Assembly: GCA_024679065.1 (NCBI GenBank)
Contig: JAGIQG010000019.1
Coordinates: forward strand, 7,316,001-7,380,000
DNA length: 64,000 nucleotides
Direction: 5' to 3'
DNA from: Sphyrna mokarran
Lineage: Eukaryota
The translations under genes and the position numbers were made by a program. Positions 22,069 through 35,419 of this stretch are shown here, one piece after another. Within the stretch, counting starts at the first letter, position 1, and each line of letters opens with the position of its first letter. The notes below the pieces were generated by a model. The model did no database searches. It had not been told where the DNA came from and saw only the letters and a list, made by a program, of their open reading frames with translations.

Positions 22069-22917
22069 GAGCGTATCCTTACTGATTGTGGTCTTTGGAT
22101 TAAGTTGTTCAGGATCCAGTCACAGAGGGAGGAGCCAAGGCCCAGGCTATGGAGTTTGGAGATGAGTTTCACAGGAATAATGGTGTTGAAGGCTAAGCTG
22201 TAGAAATGGGTATAAATATGTGTAAATAAAATTAGTTCTCATTGATAAGTGAAGCAAAAAGGTCAAGTTACACTAAAACAACAAAATAATGATTTTTTTT
22301 CCCGCTGTGACCAAATTGTTCTGAATATTTAGAGATTGAGTAAGTACTTAATAATACGTTCATGTTTTGAGAGTTTGGCCAGACCAGTGTTGTGGGAAAA
22401 TCTTTCAGCCAATGGTTTAATGGATGGTAGTTCAAAGGTCACAGAGTTGGGCACTTGTAGTTGCACATGCATCTACTTGCATGCAAAGTTCCGTTTGTAC
22501 TCGTCATGTTATCTGGGTGGATAACACTTGTATGGCTTCAAAGATCATGAATTTTGAGTCCAAGTGATTTCTACCGAGGTTACTTGCAATGACGCCCCCC
22601 CCTTTTTAAAAAAAAATTCCTCGAACTTTCTGACTTGCAAATTACAGCCCCAGTATATGCACCCTTTTTTCTCCAACATCCTTGAATGTACTGGTTCCTC
22701 CCATGTCCATGTCCACTTTCTTGAAACCCTGATTATCCCAATCCGGTTTCCAACTAGCCAAAGTATTAGAATGGCCCTGATCAAAACAACAAACTAAATC
22801 CTATGTAACTATGTTAAACTTTTCTTTTTGTTTGTCTTGACCCGCTTGCCTCTTTGACCTCTTCTTGCCTCTCCTATCAAAGCAGAGATGACCTCCAAAG
22901 TCTTATCTACCCATTTC

Positions 22918-23222
22918 AGGGGCAGCACAGTGACATAGTGGTTAGCACTGCTGCCACACAGCACCAGGGACTCGCATTTGATTCCTCGCTTGGGTCACTG
23001 TCTGTGTGGAGTTTGCACGTTCTCCCTGTGTCTCCGTGGGCTTCATCCAGATTTCTTCCTTCCACATTTCCAAAAATATATGATTAAGTAAATTGGCTGT
23101 GCTAAATTCTCCCTCAGTGTAGTCAAACAGTTGTCGGAATGTGGCAACTAGGGGTTTTCACAATAACTTCACTGCAGTGTGAAGTAAACTGACTTGTAAC
23201 TAACAAATAAATTTTAATTCAA
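22918..23222 (+). mobile_element. V-SINE, second tail type
   Basis: ggggcagcacagtgacatagtggttagcactgctgcc head, V-domain, then aaattctccctcagtgta...ttttcacaataacttcactgcagtgt tail. Confidence 0.85.
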
Positions 23223-23327
23223 CTCTGGACTCTCAAGGATCTATTCCTAGAACCTTCCCATTTCTCATTTGCATGCAGGCCTCAGTGACTTCTTCTAAAA
23301 GTATACCATTTATTTCTGCAAGTTCTC

Positions 23328-23492
23328 TAGCTGAAAGAAATAGCTGGATGTCAGACAAGCAGTCAACTTAGAGTGTGGAAGGATTGAGAGAGATGATAGT
23401 GGAGCCAGTTTGACTCCACTATCATCTCTCTCAATCCTTCCACACTCTGTAAGTTGACTGCTTGTCTGACATCCAGCTATTTCTTTCAGCTA
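23328..23492. repeat. Near-perfect inverted repeat (77-bp arms, 9-nt spacer)
   Basis: 23328-23404 is the reverse complement of 23414-23492 except for one 2-nt indel. Confidence 0.95.
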
Positions 23493-24563
23493 CATAGAGG
23501 GGAAGGCATTTGCTTTGATCCTTGCTGTAAATCTTAGCCACTGATTCCAATTACGAATCTGCTGATGACCTTGAAACAATTGTCAATTGTCAGAAAAACC
23601 CATCTGGTTCATTAATGTCCTTTTAGGGATGAAAATGTGTCATCTTTACCTAGTATGGCCTACATGTGACTCCAAAGTCACAGCACTGTGGTTGATTTTC
23701 AACCTTTCCCACCCTCTATAAACTTGAGCTCATCCAAAACTTTGCTGCCCTTATCCTTCATTCCCTTTATTGTTACCTATCTGTGCACTGATCTGCGTTG
23801 GCTTCTGCTCTGACAACACCTCAATTCTAAAATTCTCATTCTCATTTTCAAATCCCACTTTTGCTCCTCCCCATCTATATCTCAAGCCTTCTCACTCTGA
23901 GATTTCTATACTCTTCCAATTGTAGTCACTTGCATATGTATTAATTATTCCATCTTTGGTGGTCTTCCCTTCAGTTACTGGGGCCATTAACTTGGGTGTC
24001 CCATGCTAAATCTTTCCTACTTCCAAGGTGTCCTTGAAACCATCATTCTTGACTAAACGTTTGGCCTTAATACCTGTGTCTGTGGCTCAGCTTCACATTT
24101 TGTTTGATCGTGGTTTTTGTGAAGCACGTGGGATGTTTCAAGTGCAATAAAGCACGAGATGAAGGCAAATGTCATCTTTGGCTCCTGGCGCACACAATGG
24201 AAGAAGTGCTGAGAGCAGAGTTCTTCCATTGTCCTTTGCGAGGAAAGGCAAATTTTTTGGTTTCCTTTTGTTTGTGGGCAGATTGAGGACTGCATTTCCT
24301 GCTTTCCAACGTTTGCTGCACTTCTGAAGTGTTTATTGACAAGGAAACTTTTCAGGCCATTTTGAAGTTGTGTAAAATTGTATATAAATGTACAAGTAGG
24401 TCATTTGTAAGTTGTTTCTGCCTGCAAACAAATGCAAAATTAATGCTGAGGGAAAAGACTATTCTCCAAATCTTCCTTTGCTCTGATTAAAGGAGGAGGA
24501 AATGTAAGAGAGCCGGGATTAAAAAGAAATGTATAAACCTCTCTGTAACCTTTGTCTTTGCAG

Positions 24564-24650
24564 GTAAAATTTGGTACTACAACATTTAAGACTGATGTGT
24601 TCCCTAAATCTCTCAACCCCCAGTGGAATTCAGAATGGTTTAAATTTGAG
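24564..24650 (+). CDS. C2CD5: C2CD5 coding exon 2 (87 nt, C2 domain)
   Basis: ctttgcag|VKFGTTTFKTDVFPKSLNPQWNSEWFKFE|gtaaga; C2 domain LNPxWN motif. Confidence 0.96.
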
Positions 24651-24969
24651 GTAAGATTCATAACAATTTAAACCATACCATAAGGTGAAGCAAGGTAACA
24701 TTTGACTGGAAGGATGAATATGCATTGTGTCAAACTTTGTGTGCCATGGCTATGGGAACAAAGAAATGAATTGCATTTTATTACCGTTACTGATTGATTC
24801 CAAGTTGAGGGAACATAGGCACTGGGGGAATGGAGGGAAATGTATTTTATATTCCTGGAAGCAAAGTGACATTTTATCCACTATGACTGTGACAAATACC
24901 GAGAACTTGGAATTTGATCTACCATTTCAAACATGGCAAAGTCAGCAGCTTATTTTTGTTACATAACTA

Positions 24970-25750
24970 CGAACATAGGATTTAGGAGGAGGAGGCATTC
25001 AGCCCTTTGAGCTTGCTCTGCCATTTGATAAGGTTTTGGCTAATCTGGTTGTGGTCTCAACTCCATTCTCTTATCTGCCCCCGATAAAATTAACATCTTT
25101 GTCCGTCAAAAATCTCCCTCATTCTGCCTTGGTATAAACTGAAAAGACCCAGCCTCTCCTGCTTTCTGGGGAAGAGAGTTTCACAGACAAAGGACTTCTG
25201 AGAGAAAAAGAATGTAATTTCTGTCAAAAAGTGAGGTTTCTAATTTTTAAGCGGTGTACCCTAGTTCTAATCTCCCCAACATCCTCCAGGTATCTACCCC
25301 ATTAGGTCCCCTCAAAATCTTCATGTTTTAGTAAGATCACCTCTCATTCTTCTAAACTCCAATGGATACAGGCCCAACATGTTCAACCTATCCTCATAAG
25401 ATAAGTCCCTCATCAAGGAATTAATTGATTAAACCTTCTCTGAAATGTTTCTAGTGGAATTGTATCCTTTTTCAAATAACAAGATCAAAGCTGTACATGA
25501 TTCCATATGTGCTCTCACCAAGGACCTGTATAACTGCAGAAAATGGTCCTTAACTTTTTATTCCGTTCCCCTTGCAATAAATGTCAATTCAATTCGCCTT
25601 CGTATAACAGGACTTCCCAATTCCTCTACTACTAAGTTTTGCAATCTCCCTGCGTTTCAAGAATATATTGCTTTTCTATTCTTCCTGCCAAAGTGGATAA
25701 GTTAGCATTTCTCCGCTTTGTACTCCATCTGCCAAATTGCCCACTTTTTG
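24970..25750 (-). mobile_element. Decayed CR1 LINE 3' region
   Basis: gaacataggatttaggaggaggaggcattcagccc tail; agatcacctctcattcttctaaactcc (reverse of EFRRMRGDL). Confidence 0.75.
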
Positions 25751-26713
25751 CTTTATTCTTCAAGTTCTGTACATAAGAGCACAATTCTTCCTTTTATTGT
25801 GTTACTTGTGAAGTTGCACAGCAATTAAACTGATTCGAATATCTTAATCAAATACATATCTTTGCCCAAGTTATGGGGCATTTTGGCAGAATAGAGGAAG
25901 CATTTTCATTTAGCTGTCCTGTACTATTTGATCTGGCAAATCTTGATGATAAAACTGGATTCCTGATGATAATATTCATGAGCCAGTTATATGTATGTTT
26001 CATGGCATCATCATTAATATTGGACAGGAAATCTGTCCAATCAAGCCTTTTGCACTCCTCGTCCTGCAACTACCATTTTATTCTTGTCCCTGTTGTCCCT
26101 GCCTACCGCTGCTTGAGTCTTTTCAATTCCGTTTTGCTGATCCACGGTTGCTGAATCTATCACAAAGCCAAATTACTACATTTCTTGACCATGCTTCACT
26201 TTTAGAAGTAGCATTAAATATTCCTTGGACCGTACATATTAAAATGGCCCAATTGTGCACTGTTTACATATAATAATGAGATGCTGTGCTTCTCCAAGAC
26301 TCTGCACACTTCTCTAGATGTTTACATGTTGGGTTGGGGAAGATTGTAGGTTTTTTAGGGTTTACCCATCCATCTCCCCGATTCCCTTGCATCCATCTAG
26401 TTACCTTGTGGCTTTGAAGATGTGTAGCTTCATCATAGTAACAGAACAAAACATTGCATGGTGTAATGCTCCTATCTTTACAACAAGACCTAGATTTCTG
26501 GTGAGTAATGTCATAGAAGCACTACTAAATGTGCACTTATGAGAACAAAAACAATTAGTGTCATTATCCTCTCATAAATTTAACTAAAATCTCAATTCCT
26601 CATGAATATTGCACAGAACAAAATTTACAGCCTGTAAAAACTGAGTTTAATTACAGGAAACAGTAAAATGCCTGTTCACTGGTCAATTCAATTAACTGGA
26701 AATATGCTTGCAG

Positions 26714-26885
26714 GTTGATGATGAAGACTTGCAAGATGAGCCACTACAGATCACAGTACTGGATCATGACACGTACAGTGCTAATGATGCTATTGGAAAA
26801 GTATACATTGATATTGATCCTTTGTTATCCAATGAAGCTGCAGCCATTCTATCTGGCTGGTTTCCAATCTATGACACTATTCATG
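26714..26885 (+). CDS. C2CD5: C2CD5 coding exon 3 (172 nt, C2 domain)
   Basis: cttgcag|VDDEDLQDEPLQITVLDHDTYSANDAIGKVYIDIDPLLSNEAAAILSGWFPIYDTIH G|gtgagt; DxD...D loop residues typical of Ca-binding C2 domains. Confidence 0.96.
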
Positions 26886-29569
26886 GTGAGTATGGTTTTT
26901 GACAAGTGATGACCTTATTTCTATTGATAGTCTGCTGTTCTGGTAAGGGCTACTTTAACCCTGTCTATCACAGGCTAACCTTTTCTCAGCAGAAGCTGCT
27001 ATACATATGGTACGTAGTGCAGTACTACTTAAATACACTAAGTTCTGAATATAATCTCAGGAGTTGAAAATCTGGTTCCGTAAATGGTATTTGTTACCAG
27101 GCGTAGTCACTGTGTTCTGTTTTAAATCATATTTGCATGCAAATATATTCAGCATCATAGTAATTTCAAAATTATAATGCAGATAAAAGGAGAAATGAGC
27201 CAGCTGGTATCGATCTACTGCAATGCTAAAACAGAGCTTTAAAGGAATATTGCAGGACAAAGTCCATGTATCTTTGTAATATTTACAATAAACTCATTTT
27301 TTTCTTTAATTAGTTGAGACTGAAATATAAAAGCTCACTGGTAGAGGAATTTCTATGATGTTTCGTTCCCTGGCTAATAGTAACCACCTGATGGATGAGA
27401 GGTAGCCACAAAATGTGGGGTCAAATCCTAAATATGATGAATATGTCTTCAAACTGTCTTTTCTAGGAATCAGTTTTGAGTCATGAGAGTGCCTTGGCGA
27501 TGCAGGGCATTATTAACATTCAAATCCAGCTTCCATGGTGCAGTTGGAACTTGATTTAAAATTAACAGCAGCTGTGTGGGTTCTGAGAACTTGGGGAAAC
27601 CCAGAGCAAAAAGCAGCAGGAGTTGCCAGTTCCAACAGATAGATAAATACCTTTTACAGTACTCCTTTGATCATGAAGAAGCAGGAATGATATCCAACTC
27701 ATCCACCACTCGTCAAGCGAAGCTTCACCTTCCTTCTGCCTAACATGGCCTTGCCCATCAATGTTTCAGTCAATGACTTCCCCAACTTGTAGCTATTTAA
27801 CTGATTTGATTTTTATTCTCTTTGTTCTGCTTATTTCCTGCCCAGGGTTTATCCTCAAGGATTCCTCCAGCTGTAGCTGCTTTGTTTTCTCACCCGGCAA
27901 ATTTAACTGGTTTCCGAACGTCTAGCAAAAGAGAAAAAAAAAGCATGAAGTTTCCCAGTTAAATTCAGCAAGATCTTTGTGCCCCTGGTGTGAATAAGTT
28001 TCCCCAAGTTCCTTTGCACTCTTCCTGTCTCCCTGTAAACATAGAGGCCATGATGTTTGAATGTGTTGAGATTGTTCTCCATCACAGAGATAATTTGCAT
28101 TTATATTGCACTCTGACATAAGATAAATGTTCAGTATTTCATATTTAGTGGAAAGGAATGGAAGAGAAAGTGATTAAAGGGAATTACTGAAGACCTGAAT
28201 AAGAACACATCAGTAAGCGTCCAGGAGTGTCATTTCACTTTAAGCTTTGGCCATTTAAGTTGTTGCTATTGTAATGTTTTAAAGCTTGGAATGTGTGATG
28301 TAAAGTACATTTCATCTATTTGGCATAACATAACTGGTATTAGTACAGCAACGAAGGTGACCTTGTTGTCTGTGAATCCATAAATCAGAAAAAATTCTGG
28401 TAGAAGAATGGAAGAATGCTACAAGCACTGATTTATATTAAGCTGTTTTACCACTTACAAGTGCAGCATTGTGAGGGTTTCTGTGTCAAACAAATGTAGT
28501 TCAAGTCGATTCCTGAAATCTTGCACATGAAATGCACAAGGCCAAAGAAACATTTATCTAATTTCAATCATTGGAAAGTCATCAATTTTTTTTTTATTAA
28601 CTGGACCTAAAATCAATAGTCAGTGATACCAGTGTTAATCAATGCATTAGGCACAGCAAGAATTTAAGTGTGATTTGTATCTCAGCCCAGTGAATACATC
28701 ATTTACATTATAACTATAAAATCACATCCTGAACTCCCCAACTCGCACAACAAATAAAGCAGGCCCCAGAACTGAGCTTCAAAGCTATTTTTTGACCCAG
28801 GAACTGTTCTTATATTTTTTGCTGGAAGTGGTTACTGAAAAAGAATCCAGATCAATAAGGCCAGATCAGATTTGAAGGATGGGGACAGCGGGGTAGAAAA
28901 TAGGTGGTTGCCTGGAACCAAATTGAGTTAGCCAATTAAAAGCATCTTACCATCTTTACTGGCATTTCCCAACTCCTGGGAGCCCCTCTGCCGCAAGAAG
29001 AGACCATCCTAATAACCCTTAGTAACCTTCTTCATCAAAAGTCTGACCAATTTCAGTTTTGAAATATTCAGTTGATCTTCAGTTTTTGCAGCTTCTTAGG
29101 GGATGGAGTTTCTGACTTCCTGTGTATGAAGATGTGCTTGGTTGACATAATCTTAAAATTAGAGCTGGGCTGTTCAGGAGTGAAATTCAGTTGATTTGGA
29201 CTGCACCACCAGAGCCAACGTGTGTTTTCTAACTATCCCATTGAGGCCTTTAATGATCTTGCACACCTCAATTATCCCATAATATTGAGTACAAACTTGG
29301 CCTATGCTTCTTGTGTTATTATTTAACTCTTTTAGCCCCTGCATTATAGGAATGAAGATCTATTGTGTTATTATCAAAAGCTCCAAGGTGTTTTGTGAAG
29401 TTGGCCTAGACCATAAGTTTGGCAACTTGAATTTGGTTAGGGTAAGCATGAGTTGTTTTACTTCAGATATGATTCAAATAACCTACTAGTGAACTTGTAT
29501 CAAACAAAGTTTATTTAAGAATGCAATAACGTATTACCAATTACAAACGAAAAAATGATATTGTATGAA

Positions 29570-30348
29570 TCTTAGAAATAATAGCAGGAGGGATTATTAT
29601 TTAAAGGGTGAAAAGCTGCAGCATGCTACAATGCAGAGGGACCTGGGGCTACTTGTGCACGAATTGCAAAAACCCAGTCTGCAGGTGCAACAGGTGATCA
29701 AGGCGAATGGAATGTTGGTCTTTATAGCGAGCGGGATAGAATATAAAAGCAGGGAGGTCTTGCTGCAACTGTACAGGGCACTGTGAAGCCACAATTGAAG
29801 TATGAGTGCAGTTTTGGTCCCCACATTTGCGAAAGGATATATTGGCCTTGGAGGGAGTACAGAAAAGGTTCACCAGCCTGATACCGGAGATGAGGGGATT
29901 AGCTTATGAAGAAGAGATTGAATAGACTGGGTCTGTACTCATTAGAGTTTAGAGGGGAGGATCTCATAGAGACTTAAAGATATGGGGCTAGATAGAGTAG
30001 AGATAGAGAGATTCTTTCTGCTTAGAAAGGATAGCAGAACTAGAGGGCCTGGCCTCAAAATAAGGAGGAGAGGGTGCTGTTTCGAACAGAATTGAGGAGG
30101 AACTTCTTCACTCAAAGGATGGTGGATCTCTGGAATTCTCTGCCCATTGAAGTGGTGGAGGCTACCTTTTTGAATATATTTAAGTCATGGGTAGATAGAT
30201 TTCTGATAGACAAGGGAATTAAGGGTTATTGGGGGAAAGTGGGAAAGTGGAATTGATCCACTTCAGATCAGCTATGATCGTATTTAATGGCGGGGCAGGT
30301 TTGAAGGGTTAGAAGGCCTACTCCTGCTCCTATTTCTTATGTTCTTAA
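29570..30348 (+). mobile_element. CR1 LINE 3' region
   Basis: QRDLGLLVH, ANGMLVFIASGIEYKSREVLLQLY, RRNFFTQRMVDLWNSLP; tail ggcctactcctgctcctatttcttatgttc. Confidence 0.9.
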
Positions 30349-31370
30349 CAACTAAATGTACAGTTCCAATACTACAAACCTCCTTATAAACATACACCTG
30401 CCCCAGTGTTAGCACAGAAAATAAGAATAATCACATGATTTTGCAGCTTAGCAATATCTGCTGTGAATTAGTCCTTTGAATAGAATTGAAGTGCTAACTT
30501 CACAGCCTTGTAATTTTCAGCACATCTTGAGGTAGAGATATGGCCACTGCTGGCCTCTAACTTTTAAGCACAAACCAGTTGTAGCAGAAGTTTCATTCGA
30601 GGAAGACCAGCAAAATTGCTTCCAGTATGGCAGAATTTGTAATAACAGGGAGAAAGGGGGACACACACTGCCTTAGCCAGGAGTTCAGATATCTTCTAAC
30701 TAAAAAAAAGCAGCAAGCAGCCAAACCTGACCAATCATTCTTCCTCCTAACATTTAAAAAGTGTCATCAACTCATAAAACTCCAGGGCATTAGGCCCAGG
30801 TTAACAATAAATAAAACCTCATTTAAGCAGCAATGAAAGGACATCTAAACAGGTTGGCAACAATGAAATAAAAGCTGCTTACAAACAGCAGATAATATGA
30901 TTTTAAAAATACATTTCTTAAAGGCAGTGTAGCATCACAATTGTTCTGTGATGTGCCATATGTAACAGAACAACAGATTTCCGACATCACCAATATGCAG
31001 TTGAAGGCCATATTGCAATAATGTATGCTGCTTATCATTTAATCAATGAATGATAATGTGCACATCTTATCTTTTGGAGAGCATTGTCTTGCATCAGCTC
31101 CAAGGAGTAAAGTGGCCTTTTTTCGATGCAGTTCGGCTGGTGAAAAATAAATGACCTGAAAGCTGAATAAAATTAATATGTACACTACAGTAAAATGAGA
31201 CTTTAAGATCGAAACGGAGGTTTAGAGAAAATTTGAGCTTTGTTGTTGTGGTTCATCTCACTCACTTGTGTACATGTTAACCGGAAAGCCATTTGTAAAA
31301 GTAAGTTTGTTTTTGATTCCATGTCTGGCTCTATAACTTCATCATATTCAAATAGTATTTCTTCAAACAG

Positions 31371-31466
31371 GTATCAGAGGGGAAATTAATGTCATGGTGA
31401 AAGTAGATCTCTTCAATGATTTAAACCGCTTCAGACAATCTTCATGTGGAGTGAAGTTCTTCTGTA
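31371..31466 (+). CDS. C2CD5: C2CD5 coding exon 4 (96 nt)
   Basis: aaacag|(G)IRGEINVMVKVDLFNDLNRFRQSSCGVKFFC A|gtaagt; phase 1-1. Confidence 0.95.
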
Positions 31467-32086
31467 GTAAGTTTTGTCCTAAGTTGTGAATGTTTTTTAA
31501 AATTTTGAGTACATATTATGCATTAGCTGTTCACGAATTATCTGCTTAGTAAAGCATACATGGTCTTGGGATACCTTTATATTTCATTTTAAAAATTTTG
31601 TTGAGTATTTGATTGTACAAAGGTGATATGTCTCTGCTGGTGAATAAAACACATCTCTGCTTCCTGCTCTCATTTTAGCATTGTGTGTTTTCAGGTTGGG
31701 TATCCTCCCACTTCTTTCTCTCTCAATATTGTACAACTTGAGTTTATTCTGTATTCTTCATATTTTCATTTCTCACACAATGCTGTTATTGAAGGTGTTC
31801 ACTGTCAAGCTGTCAAACGATTAACCTTGTCTCAATAGACAATAGCCACTAAGGTTGAGTTTAAAATGGCCAGAATATATTTTCCATAGGACCCCCACAC
31901 ATTCAGCAGAGAAAAGAAACTCATAAAATCACAATGGTTATAGCACATTCTGGATTTAAACCTCAGGCAGGAAAATTAAGTTTTTAGATTACAGTGTCAC
32001 TACGGTCTGAATTTTTAAACTTGCTTTTTAATCATTTTGCTGCTTTTTTTTGCAGAGTAAGCTGAGGTTTTTTTTTCTCTCCACAG

Positions 32087-32242
32087 CTACTTCCATTCCC
32101 AAGTGCTATAAAGCAGTGACAATCCACGGCTTTGTTGAAGAATTGGTAGTAAATGAGGACCCAGAGTACCAGTGGATCGATAGAATACGAACACCAAGAG
32201 CATCAAATGAAGCCAGACAGAGGCTAATATCACTGATGTCAG
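32087..32242 (+). CDS. C2CD5: C2CD5 coding exon 5 (156 nt)
   Basis: ctccacag|(T)TSIPKCYKAVTIHGFVEELVVNEDPEYQWIDRIRTPRASNEARQRLISLMS G|gtgaaa. Confidence 0.95.
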
Positions 32243-32656
32243 GTGAAAAAAAAGTTAGATAGCTTTTGACTATGTTTGATAATGTAGGTGTCAATTGTTC
32301 AGAAATTAGATTGCACTGTGCTGCATGCATCATGTTCAGAGATTTTTAGCATGGGAGATGTTTTGTATTGGGTATAGAAGCTATGATCCAGAATAGATAT
32401 AGATTGAAGTAGCCAGTGGTTTGAAATGTCACGAATCTAAGCTGGTTTTTCAGTATATTCCAATGCAGAACTACGTTGTGAGTTTATATTTCACCAAATC
32501 CTGTAAGTGGAGCTTAGGGCATCTATCGACATTATCAGTAATACAATTAAGTGGAATATCCAATTAGCTAATTTTTAATTGAGAAGTTTGTAAATTTTCA
32601 TACAGATTTAATAGTGTCCTTTGAGAAGCCAGAAAGAAGAGCTTTTTAATGATAAT

Positions 32657-32935
32657 GAGGTAGCATGGTGGTTAACACTAGTGCTTCACAGCACCAGGCA
32701 CACAGGTTTGATTCCCAGCTTGGGTTCTGTCTGTGTGGAGTCTGCACGTTCTCCCCGGGTCTGCATGGGTTTCCTCCAGGTGTTCCGGTTTCCTTCCAGT
32801 TTGAAAGATGTGCTGATTAGGTGCATTGACCATGTTAAATTCATCCTTGGTATATCCAAACAGGTGCTGGAGTGTGCGACTAGGAAATTTTCATAATAAC
32901 TTTGTTGCAGTGTTAATGTAAGCCGACTAATAAAT
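32657..32935 (+). mobile_element. V-SINE, second tail type
   Basis: tRNA head, V-domain, tail caggtgctggagtgtgcgactaggaaattttcataataacttt. Confidence 0.8.
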
Positions 32936-33225
32936 ATTTGAATTGTACTCATCGTTTCTCATCCCAACTGCTGAGTAATTTCAGCGTTGTGTGTTTTAAT
33001 TTGAATTTTTCTAGAATTTGAAGTTTATTTTTAATTGTGGCTGACTCGTTTACATATTCACTTAATCATTTTACCCTGCAGCAATGTATCTTCTGTTCAC
33101 TGAGCATCAAGCGTATGAGCATTTCAAACAGTTTCAAATGCTAAAATTACAATTGCTGTTATGTTGATCACTGTGCCCTGCCTTCACCAGTAAATCAATG
33201 TGCTGCATTTGTTACATCAAATGTG

Positions 33226-33530
33226 TGACACGGTGGCACAGTGCTTTTATTAGCACTGCTGCCTCTCAGTGCCAGGGACCTGGTTTCGATTCCTGGCTTG
33301 GATCACTGTCTGTGTGGACTCTGCACATTCTCTCCGTGGCTGTGAGAGTTTACTCCGGGTGCTCTGGTCTCCTCCCACAATTTGAAAAATGGGCTGGTTA
33401 GGTTTATTGGCCAAGCTAAATTCTCCCTCAGTGTTCCCAGATAGGTGCCAGTGAGTGGAGACTAGGAAATTTTCATAGTAACTTCATTTCAGTATTAATG
33501 TAAGCCCACTTATGACGCGCAAATTTTAAT
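33226..33530 (+). mobile_element. V-SINE, second tail type
   Basis: cacggtggcacagtg..ttagcactgctgcctc..ggtttcgattcc, V-domain, tail tttcatagtaacttcatt..taatgtaagcc. Confidence 0.85.
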
Positions 33531-33619
33531 TTCAATGACTGGTATTTCTTGTGGTAAAATGTTGATTCACAATATGTGTTCATGTTCAAATAAATCTTCA
33601 GCTGTTATCATGTTAGTTG

Positions 33620-34445
33620 GACCAGTGGGCTGACGAATGGCAAATGGAGTTTAATTTAGATAAATGTGAGGTGATGCATTTTGGTCAATCGAACCAGGGC
33701 AGGACTTACTCAGTCAATGGTAAGGTATTGAGGAGAGTAAAGCAATCTATGTGTACAGGTTCATAGCTCCTTGAAAGTGGAATCACAGTTGGAGTAGTGA
33801 AGAAGGCATTTAGCATACCTGGTTTCATTGGTCAGAACATTGAATACAGGAGTTGGGGCATCTTGTTGAAGTTGTTTAAGACATTGGTAAGGCCACGTTT
33901 GGAATACTGCATATAGTTCTGTCACCCTATTATAGAAAGAATATTATTAAACTAGAAAGGGTGCAGAAAAGATTTACTAGAATGCTATCAGGACTTGATG
34001 GTTTGAGTTATAAGGAAAGGGTGGATAGACTGGGACATTTCTCTCTGGAACGTAGGGGCTTAAGGGTGATCATGTGGAGGCCTATAAAATAATGAGGGGC
34101 ACAGATCAACTTGATTGTCAATATCTTTTTCAAAAAGTAGAGAAGCCTATAACTAGAATTCATAGGTTTAAGGTGAGAAGGGAGAGATAAAAAGTCCAGT
34201 GGGACAAATTTTTTACACAGAGAGTGGCGAGTGTCTGGAACAAGCTGCCAGAGGTAGTAGTAGAGGTGGGTACAACTTTGTCTTTTAAAAAGCATTGAAA
34301 CAGTTACATGGATAAAATGGGTATAGAGGGATATAAGCCAAATGCTGGCAATTAGGACTAGCTTGGGGGTTTAAAAAAAAAATGGGTAGTGTGGACAGTT
34401 TGGGTTGAAGGGTGTGTTCCCATGCCGTAAACCTTTATGACTCTG
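33620..34445 (+). mobile_element. CR1 LINE 3' region
   Basis: WADEWQMEFNLDKCEVMHFG, LVRPRLEYC, KLERVQKRFTRML. Confidence 0.9.
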
Positions 34446-34529
34446 TGGCTCTGGTTTTATAACCCACATTGCAACTTACCTCAAAACAGTGAATTGGCCA
34501 TTATAAATGTTGGATCACAGTAACTGTAA

Positions 34530-34797
34530 TCATTGAATCCATCCAGTGCAGAAACAGTCTTTGAGCCTGCCCTGACTGCAATTCCACCCAGGGCCCTTGC
34601 CCTGTAACCACTTGTATTTAACCTACTAATCCCTGATACTAAAGAGCAATTGAGAATGGCTGATTAACTTAACCATTTGGACTGTGGGAGGAAACCCATC
34701 GACTCACCGGTAGCATCTATAACTCCACATAGTCATACAAGGCTGGATTGAACCTGGGTCCCTCGTGCTGTGAGGCAGCAGTGCTTGCCACTGTGCC
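34530..34797 (-). mobile_element. Decayed V-SINE
   Basis: ttggactgtgggaggaaaccc...gaacctgggtccct.gtgctgtgaggcagcagtgct..ccactgtgcc. Confidence 0.75.
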
Positions 34798-35217
34798 GGC
34801 CCCAAGTGTGCCCTGTAGTTCATCAGATAATCTAATGTGCTTAGATGAAAATTTATTTTAACATCAGAGGTTTGTCTTAAATGTTTGGAACAGGGTGGCT
34901 AACGTTGTTGAGAAAGCATGCTTGGATTTGAGAAAGTTGGCTCTGTAATTTTGTCAAAACTGCATGTATTCACTAATTGGACAAATTCTGAACAAAAATG
35001 ATGATCTAATTTAGCGCATCCCTGCAGCAAATTGAACTTAAAAAAATGATTTGTTTTTAGTCTGTTTCTCAAAATTACTCTGTTTAAAGTGTAATCTCGT
35101 GTTTTGTTTTGTTCTTTGTTCATTTTGGTCTATGTGCTGTGATCCTTGGCCACACAGTAAAGTTTGTGCATTTGATATAAATCATGTTAAGTGACCATGA
35201 CTATTTGATTTTAACAG

Positions 35218-35419
35218 GGGAACTGCAGCGAAAAATTGGCCTAAAGGTACTTGAGATGGGAGGCAATGCTGTGGTGGGTTACCTACAATGTTTTGACTTA
35301 GAAGGTGAATCTGGGCTGGTGGTACGTGCTATTGGGACTGCATGTACGCTTGATAAGTTGAGTAACCCAGCAACATCGCTCCTACCTCCATGTGGCTCCC
35401 CATCCAAAGACCTGAAAGA
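35218..35419 (+). CDS. C2CD5: C2CD5 coding exon 6 (202 nt)
   Basis: ttaacag|(G)ELQRKIGLKVLEMGGNAVVGYLQCFDLEGESGLVVRAIGTACTLDKLSNPATSLLPPCGSPSKDLK GA|gtaagt; ends in phase 2. Confidence 0.95.
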
